From positions 1-64,000 of the IMG/VR virus record IMGVR_UViG_3300020203_000404: a DNA stretch of 64,000 nt; one strand, 5' to 3'. This DNA is from a virus. The notes below the pieces were generated by a model. The model saw only the letters and a list, made by a program, of their open reading frames with translations. It had not been told where the DNA came from and did no database searches. Shown here in pieces: positions 56,188-64,000 of this stretch. Made by a program: the position numbers and the translations under genes. How positions within the stretch are numbered: the stretch's first letter is position 1; the number at the start of each line of letters is the position of its first letter.

Positions 56188-59100
56188 TTTCCTAAATGAT
56201 GGATCATTGATTGGATTTTGGCCGCTTAATGAACCTAGTGGCTCTCCTATTTTCCTGAACTACTCTCCAGCACGTTCGAGAGCACCTAGCGGCATTTCGT
56301 TTGACTTCCACGTTGCTGTAGCTGATACAGTTGACGACGAAGAAGTCAAGTCGGTTTGGCCCGGTACGACTACAGTCTTTAATCCTGAGTCTGGCGTCAA
56401 TTACAATGGTTACATGGTTCAGGGCTATTGGAGGCTTGGTGCGGACTCTTCTCCGTATAGCAGATATCTTGTTCTTGGAAATGGTTGTTCGCAAGTTTGT
56501 GAACAGACACTATCGAGTAACGTAGCACAGAGTGGTATTACTGTTGGTATTTGGGTATATCCAAATAGCGATGGTTATTTGAATTATTATGCTGATGCGT
56601 TACCAGGATCATTCAACGGAGAAACGGAAGGTGCTCGTTGCCACACGTTGTTTACACAAAAACAACATGCCACTCTTGGTGGTTGGCAGATTGGTGTATC
56701 TGGTGCCACTAACAATGGTGCCCAATTCAATTCTTTTTCAAGCAATAGACAATTGACAGCGTATGCAAGCATTGAAAGAAATACTGCCGCCCCAACTGTT
56801 CTAAGTACTCCTATTGAATCTGGTTGCTATACTCACCTGACATTTACGTTTCGTTACATTAATGGTACGGCAGATCAGATTGTCCTTTACAAGAACGGAC
56901 GTGTTGCGGCCAGCGGGACCAGTAACACTGGTGCTGGTGGTGCCAGTGCTACTACTCTTGCTAATACAAATCTTATTGGACGTGCTCTTGCTATTGGCGG
57001 TGGAGACGACGCCAATGTCGGTTCAAGTGACTATGGCGGAACGTGTGGATGGAACCATCTAGTGTCTGGAGCGTATGTTTTCAGACGTGTGTTGAATGAG
57101 GGTGAAATTCTAGACCTTCATGTTGGGGCTACACTTCAGCCACTAGAGGGTAATATAAAGCAACCCATTAGGGTTGAGTTGACAGACGATAAACTTTTAG
57201 CTTATTATCCATTCCGTTCCGTGGGTTGGCCCGACGTTTCAAAGAATCATAGAGCACTGATTGGCACCCAAGACGAAGGATCGCTATCTTACTACATTTC
57301 TGTTCCTGGCCCATTTAAGGGTGGCGGAATGTTGATGAATGGAACGTCACAAGCCGAGTCGGTGGTAGCAACAAGTGGATTGATCTATGATATGATCAAT
57401 TCAAGAAGCTGGACTTTGAGCGTTGTTGCTGGACCAGTAAATGGTTTGGGCCGTGACGACAACATGATCTTTTCTATGGGATCAGTATCTGCCTCTACCG
57501 CTGGTGCTCCGGCGGCAATTACTACTTCGACATTTGGTATGGCATTAACAGAAATGTCGTCACCAAATAGAATTCGTCTATCTGTATATCCGCTTGGTGA
57601 TATTACTGCTTCCGTTTTTAATATTGATTCAGCAACCAGTGGTTATTACAATAGCGTCCCATGTAATTACGCCGTTGCATATGACGATAGCACAAAAGGT
57701 ATTGCACTATACGTTGATGGCCATGTACAAGGCAGTGGAACACTGGAACACTCATTGTCCGATCAGCTACTCAGACTAGCGGGTAGTGGCTACCCATTAA
57801 TGTTTGCAAATGGTATTGCAAACACGATAGCTGACGCAAATGATCCTGGCATACTCACCGCTGGTGGTCGAGATTTATATTTTGGACCTATTCTTGTAAT
57901 GGGCAGAGCTATGCTGCCAGAAGAATTGATGTACGTTGCTCAAAGCGGTATTAATACGACATCCACTTGGCGTACGCCGTATGATTCTAGATTGATGGGT
58001 TACTGGCCTTGTTCTGATTTCAAGCTCGATGATGTTATTGTTGAGGATCGTGCTAGAGTATGGAATGAGTTTCCCGGTAATCTGTTACGTGGTGATACTA
58101 CTACTAAGTGGGCGGCATACTATGCTTTGAATCAACGGACTAATCAGTTTGGTACGCGTATTACACCACCTCAGCTTGCCAGCTATGGCACACTTGGCAT
58201 TACATCTGGTATTTTTGGAGTACATGGCTTAAGTGCGGGTACGGCAAATGTTACCGATGCTGGTGCAGCAAGATCTTCTATTGCTAATTTTAGTCAACGT
58301 TACAAACCCGTCAACGTAGCATCTAATATTCAGTGCCAGAACGTTCTTGGTGATTTTTTGATTGGTTACGAAGTCACTCCAAGCGGAAATATTCCACTAA
58401 CTCCATTTGGTTTGACTGGTGATAACGTGAAGTTTGAATTCAATTCAACACTAAGCGTGTATGGTAACCAAGCCGGTAGTTCAGCCAATGGCGAGCTTCG
58501 CTCATTCTTAACGACTGTAGATGCGGCACAAGGTTCTGGCGTGTCGATTGTGTTTGCGTCACGTACTGGTACATTCAATGCTGCCAATTATGTTGGACTG
58601 GTATCTGGCGTGGTACCATATGGTGTACCAACGAAGATCCTCTTCCATTCAAAGATGGATGCTCCATACAATGTGAATGGTGATACTGCTGGTTCAACGC
58701 CTCTAACTATTACGTTGTGGATTAATGGCGTGCCGGTACAGCGTCGTCGTATGACTGCTGCTACCGCTCGTATCTGGACGCCGAACGCCCCTAACGCAAC
58801 CACCGATGATTTCTTGTTACAGTTTGGTGGCGAAGCCGGTAACGACGTACTTACGACGCAGATCTCTAGAGATGGTGGTCTGGGCGAATTGTACATGCGT
58901 GAGATTTTTCTCATGCGTGGAATATTTGATCAAAATGAAGTTGAGGCGTTAGCTGTCAGTGGTATTCAGAATCCAACAATCACCGGATACACCCCAACGC
59001 TTTCAAAGACACAAGTGACCGTTTTCGATTCTAATTTGCAAGGGTATTGGAGATTCAATGGACTAGCGGGTGGAGGATCAGGTACAACCGATTTGAGCTT

Positions 59101-60979
59101 CAAGTCGAATCACTTAGATCCATTGAGTGAACAAAAGAATAGAGCAGGAGGATCTACACAATCTTCGCGTTCGTTTAAGTTTTTGCCCGGACCATTGAAG
59201 GATTCTGATCTACTTATACAATGTAGTGGATTGACATATGGTACTGCTGGTGCTGGTGCCGCTTCAATTACGCCGCCGTTTGCTGTTTCTGGCGTAGAGT
59301 TTGATAGTCCTCAAAATGGTTTCTCGGTTGGCTTCTTGATGTCTCGTAGAGTAGGCACGACAGCAAGTACGGCTAATCCAATGCTTGTTTATGGTTTACT
59401 TGGCTCTAATGTAATTTCCAGCACAACAACAAATTTTAATCGTGGCTGGGCAATTCTTTCTGACGATAACAATAACATCAAAATGGTTATGTCAGTTGGA
59501 GGTGGCGGATACTATGACAACTCTAGTAGTGCCGCACAGTCTGGACAGATAGTCTGTGGTACGTTTAATACTGATTCAATTTACGAGGACAATAGACGCT
59601 TCAATAATTACTTATTTGGTAATATAAAGCCAGCTAGTCTTGACTACTGGAGTCACTATTGCTGGACATACACGCCAACATCCAAAGAATTGGTGTGCTA
59701 TATAAATGGACAAGAGGTAGATCGCAAGGCAACAAAGGTCGCTGTTGATCCGCTAAATGGCGGTCCTCCGTCTGGATTGAATCCTATCGTGCCAGTAAAT
59801 CCTGCCGCACGCATGATTACTTTCTTGACGCATCAGAATGCTAATCCATGGGACTTTAGTGCATCTAATCTTTTAGATGGAGACGGTATCATTACCGACG
59901 TATTCTACTTCTCTCGTGCCATTACAGAACCAGAAGTCAGATACATTTCTCAGAATGGTATTGATGGTGCTGATGGCACTCTTGTTAGCGGCGTCATCGG
60001 CGGTTACATTCTAGGATCTGAATTGGTATCGGGAATCATCGGTGGTTATAATATAGGTCAGGACACTGGTTCGGGAATCATCGGTGGTTATGGCTTTAGT
60101 GCTCTGGATGTGTCCGGTGTCATCGGTGGTTATGGCTTTAGTGCTCTGGATGTGTCCGGTGTCATTGGTGGTTATGTCCGTGGCCTATATACCGTTTCAG
60201 GCATTCTTGGCGGATACATTTATAGTACCGACCAAGCTAGCGGTATCATTGGCGGTTTTGTGATTGGTGGCTTGGTCGCTAACATGCAGTTTGATGGCGG
60301 CTTTACTGTTCAAGCCTTTGCAGCCAAAGACTTCGACTCACAGATCGTTCTTCGCAAAAATACCAATGCAGACTTTGATGCTAAGCTTGTTGTCTTTCAA
60401 GCTGAAACTGGTCCGGTAGTTGATATTGTTATTCCCCAAAAAACTGTTAGTGGCGTTACTGCACCATTTAACCAATACTTTATTGGTGCCGCATCTGGTA
60501 CTCAAGGCAAGTCGATCGTGCAAACACGCTGGACATTCGGTGACTTGACGCCTTCTGTATCAGTTTCCGTAAGTGGTGCCGGTTACTACCCTGTCCAGCA
60601 TTACTATGCTGGTAGCGGTTTCTTCATCGCCAAGTTTGAAGCGATTGACTCAAACGGTATCCATGGTTCGGCTACACGTATCATCAATGCGGCTTCTGGC
60701 ATCAGCCCAGTTATCATCAGCGTGTCTGGTGTGCCTCGTTCTGGTAACGCAGCCTTGACTGTGGACTTCACAACGACTGTAGATGGCTTGCCGCCTGGAG
60801 TTGCAATCAACGCCAGCTTGTTGAGCTTTGACGACGGACAATCGACGATCACCTTCAACCCAACTCACGTCTATACTGAGCCGGGCCAGTATCGCCCAGT
60901 ATGGTGTATTAGAGACAGCAGGGGTGTATATTGGTGTGATAGCTTGGAAGCCGGTAACGATTTCTTGAAAGAGATCTAG
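56180..60979 (+). CDS. tail fibre / adhesin with about four LamG (ConA-like) domains, 14-aa SGxIGGY repeats and C-terminal PKD domains
   Basis: LIGFWPLNE, LLAYYPF, LMGYWP and LQGYWRFN domain starts; LYxNG/DG; WTFGD and THVYTEPG. Confidence 0.8.
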   Translation: MVNFLNDGSLIGFWPLNEPSGSPIFLNYSPARSRAPSGISFDFHVAVADTVDDEEVKSVWPGTTTVFNPESGVNYNGYMVQGYWRLGADSSPYSRYLVLGNGCSQVCEQTLSSNVAQSGITVGIWVYPNSDGYLNYYADALPGSFNGETEGARCHTLFTQKQHATLGGWQIGVSGATNNGAQFNSFSSNRQLTAYASIERNTAAPTVLSTPIESGCYTHLTFTFRYINGTADQIVLYKNGRVAASGTSNTGAGGASATTLANTNLIGRALAIGGGDDANVGSSDYGGTCGWNHLVSGAYVFRRVLNEGEILDLHVGATLQPLEGNIKQPIRVELTDDKLLAYYPFRSVGWPDVSKNHRALIGTQDEGSLSYYISVPGPFKGGGMLMNGTSQAESVVATSGLIYDMINSRSWTLSVVAGPVNGLGRDDNMIFSMGSVSASTAGAPAAITTSTFGMALTEMSSPNRIRLSVYPLGDITASVFNIDSATSGYYNSVPCNYAVAYDDSTKGIALYVDGHVQGSGTLEHSLSDQLLRLAGSGYPLMFANGIANTIADANDPGILTAGGRDLYFGPILVMGRAMLPEELMYVAQSGINTTSTWRTPYDSRLMGYWPCSDFKLDDVIVEDRARVWNEFPGNLLRGDTTTKWAAYYALNQRTNQFGTRITPPQLASYGTLGITSGIFGVHGLSAGTANVTDAGAARSSIANFSQRYKPVNVASNIQCQNVLGDFLIGYEVTPSGNIPLTPFGLTGDNVKFEFNSTLSVYGNQAGSSANGELRSFLTTVDAAQGSGVSIVFASRTGTFNAANYVGLVSGVVPYGVPTKILFHSKMDAPYNVNGDTAGSTPLTITLWINGVPVQRRRMTAATARIWTPNAPNATTDDFLLQFGGEAGNDVLTTQISRDGGLGELYMREIFLMRGIFDQNEVEALAVSGIQNPTITGYTPTLSKTQVTVFDSNLQGYWRFNGLAGGGSGTTDLSFKSNHLDPLSEQKNRAGGSTQSSRSFKFLPGPLKDSDLLIQCSGLTYGTAGAGAASITPPFAVSGVEFDSPQNGFSVGFLMSRRVGTTASTANPMLVYGLLGSNVISSTTTNFNRGWAILSDDNNNIKMVMSVGGGGYYDNSSSAAQSGQIVCGTFNTDSIYEDNRRFNNYLFGNIKPASLDYWSHYCWTYTPTSKELVCYINGQEVDRKATKVAVDPLNGGPPSGLNPIVPVNPAARMITFLTHQNANPWDFSASNLLDGDGIITDVFYFSRAITEPEVRYISQNGIDGADGTLVSGVIGGYILGSELVSGIIGGYNIGQDTGSGIIGGYGFSALDVSGVIGGYGFSALDVSGVIGGYVRGLYTVSGILGGYIYSTDQASGIIGGFVIGGLVANMQFDGGFTVQAFAAKDFDSQIVLRKNTNADFDAKLVVFQAETGPVVDIVIPQKTVSGVTAPFNQYFIGAASGTQGKSIVQTRWTFGDLTPSVSVSVSGAGYYPVQHYYAGSGFFIAKFEAIDSNGIHGSATRIINAASGISPVIISVSGVPRSGNAALTVDFTTTVDGLPPGVAINASLLSFDDGQSTITFNPTHVYTEPGQYRPVWCIRDSRGVYWCDSLEAGNDFLKEI

Positions 60980-60981
60980 AG

Positions 60982-63900
60982 ATGAATATTCTAGTGTCAG
61001 ATGGTATTGTAGTCAGCGGCGTGGGAGTGCCGCTGAATGGCGTTGCGTTCCCTTCTGGTCAGTTTGGATTTGGTGTACCGGGTTCTAAACTCGCTGCCTT
61101 CTTATCGTCAGCAAATGCTGCGTTTGGTTTCAATGTCACGCCTCATAATTTACAAACAGAATGGGTACCAGTTGGGCCTTCTGAAACTTTTCATGGAGCT
61201 AGTGGACAGTTACCTGAAATTGGCAAACCAATGGAAGTGTTCATTGGTGACTTCTATTTCCGTGGAAGTGTAGTTCATTCGGATTATACGACTGGTATGG
61301 GAGGAACTGTCGTCAGCGTCACTCTTGAAGACGATCGTCGTAATTTGCGTCGTGTCAAAATTCATACGGAAGATCTTGGACAAAGTGTTCCAAGCGGAGT
61401 GGTTTCCGTCGCAAGAGCATTTCGTATTTTGAATGGTCTTGAAGACATTAATGGTAATCCATCGGAACCGCTTGTAAAAGAATATGATCGTATTTTGCAA
61501 TTTGGTGGCACGTACGACCAAATCTTGGCTGCAATCGACCTCACCTATAACGAAGGCAATTTATCTGTTCCGGTCTCTATTCTTCCAACTGTAGAACATA
61601 TCGAGAAGAACATTGGCGGTACAATCACAGCTATACGTTTTCAGTTCAACCTTGATCCCTTAGATGATGTATTATCACGTATTCTTTTAGATACTGGTTA
61701 CGACTGGTACTGGAATATGGACGCTCAGCGTGTAGCCCTCGTCAACAAGAAGGTTCAGTTTGATATCAGTGAAGCTGAAATTCTGAACTTGGTGTCGCAA
61801 TTTGGTAGCCAGTCTGGCTTAAACGAAACTAAGCAACTTGGCTTTGGTCATGACGTTGTGCCGGATCCTACACGTTTTCGTGTTCTTGGCGGTCACCAAG
61901 AAGGCTTCATTAATTCTGAATTACTTAGTCCGATTGACGGAATGGAAACGTCCGCACTTGATGGGAATGTTGTGTTCTCAAAAGCTTGGGACAAGTTGAG
62001 CGTTGGCTTTTATGATGCCGATGGATACTTTCGTACGTACATGCCCACTGAGAAAGAGTTACAGCTTGCACTTGCTGGTATTGAGCAATGGACGTACTAC
62101 AAAATCTATCAAACGCCTAGCGGCACGGCTAATCCACCGGGGTATGGCTTTCCGCCTGACAATGGTTCTATTGCCGCTCAAAATTCATCGTTCCAAAGTC
62201 GCTTAGATCCGAACATGCCGCTCGCCGGTATTGCTACTGGTGCAGCCGAATCTGGTCTACGAGTGATCAGTAATCGTAGAGATCAAGAGCAAAACTGGGT
62301 TATTGCATTCTACAATAGAATTCGTGACCATGCTTCGCGTCACTATGGTCGTTCGTACGTGGTTGAAGGACTACTATATAATCAAGCTTCTGGCTTGTTT
62401 CAGCTTGTTGACGCTGCCTGGGCGAACGTTGAAAATCAAGTACAAGGCTATTCGCTGTCCGCCTCTGGCACCGTGACTACGAGTGGCGTATTCGTTGAAG
62501 ACTACGAGATTAATCGCGGTCTCGGACCTGTGAGCCCATTCGTGACCGAAGACTTTAGGGTGCGTGCGTATTGCGTGCTGCCACAAAGCACTGTGTATGG
62601 TCCACTTGGAGATGACAATCCAGCGAGCTTTGCCAATTGGACAGAAGACGCACCGCCATTTAATCCAAGTGGTGATGGCAGACACTATATTCCCGTGACA
62701 TTGCAAGACGTTGGAGATCGTGTAATAGATCCGCACAGCGAAGCAGATCTTTACGGTTTCGAGTCATATCCCAAGGGAACATTACTGTGTCAATTGCCGA
62801 TTAATGCTGGTCCATCTGGCGGCATTGTCAATGACGGCATTATCTTTAACTTGGCGACGATGTTGACTACTATCAACAAGTTGACTGGTTCTGGACTACT
62901 AGACATTATTAATCCATCTCAGGTATTGAATGTGTACGACGCACTTTCTGGCGTCGCAATTCCCGTACAGTCTCGTCTTCGTTATGGACAAACATATCCA
63001 AGTCAGTGGGTTTTGGGCGATCTTCATTATGAACGTCACGAAGATATACAGCTAGACGATCAGTTTGTTCCGTGGGCATTCTCTCCCGAGGGCAATCAAA
63101 CGTCACTGGCTATTATGACAGATCGTGCTATTCGTCGCGTAGAAGGCAAGATTGTTCCCAAGTCTTCTTCTCGTTATGCTGACTTCCAGCAAGTTGGACT
63201 CCCGCTCTTGTCGTTTGATGCATTTGCGGAACAAAACATTGGTCCTTCTGGACTGTACGGTGAAATTTCGCACGGCGTCAGTGAACTCAATATCAGTTTT
63301 GGCATCGACGGCTTCGTTACACGTTACAAGATTCAGTCGTATTATCCTAAGTTTGGTCGCGATGCCCCGCTTGGCGAGCGAGTTCGTGCCCAACTCAATG
63401 GCATTCTGAATCCGATCGACTTTGCCGACTTGGCACTACTTGATCCCAATCCAGGTAGAGCCAGCAATACCACGTTGCCGGGCGATACATTTGTACCGCC
63501 GATCTTCTTTGACTCTGAGCAGAACGCCGTTCGTGTAACGATTACCGAAGTCAACAACATTTTCTCTCTTTCAAGCATACCTGGAACGGAAGTCGATGAA
63601 CGCTATCGTGGTATCGACCAGCAGGCTTACGTGAAGCCACCATTGGCTCTTAGCTCTTCGAATATCGACTTCCGTGAAGGGGCAATTTGTATTGATGGAT
63701 TCTTAAACATTGATGATAAAGCCGTATATCACACCGATAACTTCCAATTGCCAGATGGCAATACCATTCTACGTTACTTTACGCAAGGTCGCCCCTTTGC
63801 TAATGGTACTATTGTTCAGATCGAGCGTGTGAATCCAAGCAACACAGCCAACTATGACGTGACATTTGTAGGGGGCACTGGATCTAGAGCGATCTTCAAT

Positions 63901-64000
63901 CTGCCAGTCTTGAATGGCACCGTCCAAGTTGGAGCTAAGACTACGCTGGCTGCACAGGGGAATGCCAAAGTCACTCCTGGTGATACTATTGGTACTATCT
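60982..64000 (+). CDS. large tail tip / baseplate-hub-like protein, runs off the window (not in the ORF track)
   Basis: ATG 60982 MNILVSDGIVVSGV...; hand-translated first ~280 codons are open and include DVLSRILLDTGYDWYW; presumed open to the end. Confidence 0.7.
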   Translation, partial: MNILVSDGIVVSGVGVPLNGVAFPSGQFGFGVPGSKLAAFLSSANAAFGFNVTPHNLQTEWVPVGPSETFHGASGQLPEIGKPMEVFIGDFYFRGSVVHSDYTTGMGGTVVSVTLEDDRRNLRRVKIHTEDLGQSVPSGVVSVARAFRILNGLEDINGNPSEPLVKEYDRILQFGGTYDQILAAIDLTYNEGNLSVPVSILPTVEHIEKNIGGTITAIRFQFNLDPLDDVLSRILLDTGYDWYWNMDAQRVALVNKKVQFDISEAEILNLVSQFGSQSGLNETKQLGFGHDVVPDPTRFRVLGGHQEGFINSELLSPIDGMETSALDGNVVFSKAWDKLSVGFYDADGYFRTYMPTEKELQLALAGIEQWTYYKIYQTPSGTANPPGYGFPPDNGSIAAQNSSFQSRLDPNMPLAGIATGAAESGLRVISNRRDQEQNWVIAFYNRIRDHASRHYGRSYVVEGLLYNQASGLFQLVDAAWANVENQVQGYSLSASGTVTTSGVFVEDYEINRGLGPVSPFVTEDFRVRAYCVLPQSTVYGPLGDDNPASFANWTEDAPPFNPSGDGRHYIPVTLQDVGDRVIDPHSEADLYGFESYPKGTLLCQLPINAGPSGGIVNDGIIFNLATMLTTINKLTGSGLLDIINPSQVLNVYDALSGVAIPVQSRLRYGQTYPSQWVLGDLHYERHEDIQLDDQFVPWAFSPEGNQTSLAIMTDRAIRRVEGKIVPKSSSRYADFQQVGLPLLSFDAFAEQNIGPSGLYGEISHGVSELNISFGIDGFVTRYKIQSYYPKFGRDAPLGERVRAQLNGILNPIDFADLALLDPNPGRASNTTLPGDTFVPPIFFDSEQNAVRVTITEVNNIFSLSSIPGTEVDERYRGIDQQAYVKPPLALSSSNIDFREGAICIDGFLNIDDKAVYHTDNFQLPDGNTILRYFTQGRPFANGTIVQIERVNPSNTANYDVTFVGGTGSRAIFNLPVLNGTVQVGAKTTLAAQGNAKVTPGDTIGTI

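Noticed and set aside
22469-63578. Many short antisense or alternate-frame ORFs inside structural genes
   Set aside because: Fully nested in long, motif-supported genes and lacking start signals
1-64000. tRNA/rRNA genes, integrase, reverse transcriptase, transposase
   Set aside because: None recognised by eye; tRNAscan-SE and HMM searches would be needed to exclude them formally

Overview
This window is part of a large tailed dsDNA phage genome, probably a siphovirus: it has a terminase, portal, capsid, tail tube and a 1791-aa tape measure protein, and no sheath gene is visible. The host is probably diderm, because the phage encodes an outer-membrane beta-barrel and lipoproteins. There are three zones. 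(1) 1-~16,000: a visibly more GC-rich, all-plus-strand early/accessory region built from single-gene cassettes, most with their own sigma70-like promoter placed for leaderless transcription. It holds 12 complete and 1 partial paralogous genes for pure left-handed beta-helix (hexapeptide-repeat) proteins of 51-243 aa in four clusters of different size. It also has a modular ~170-190 bp hairpin-rich intergenic element (9 copies of the core), plus chimeric and inverted cassette remnants. (2) 16,072-22,102: a minus-strand block with a C39 peptidase, an RF1-like release factor with a possible prfB-type CTT-TGA +1 frameshift, an OM beta-barrel, dCMP deaminase and a metzincin lipoprotein. (3) 22,479-64,000: a plus-strand late module with a phage sigma factor, two glycosyltransferases, GroES, an ERCC4 nuclease, TerL, head and tail genes and two HNH endonucleases, punctuated by a recurring TTAGTGTAnT motif that is a candidate late promoter. 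The best candidate for an undescribed system is the self-promoted, recombining beta-helix gene repertoire and its cassette architecture. All calls come from reading motifs by eye; no database searches were run.
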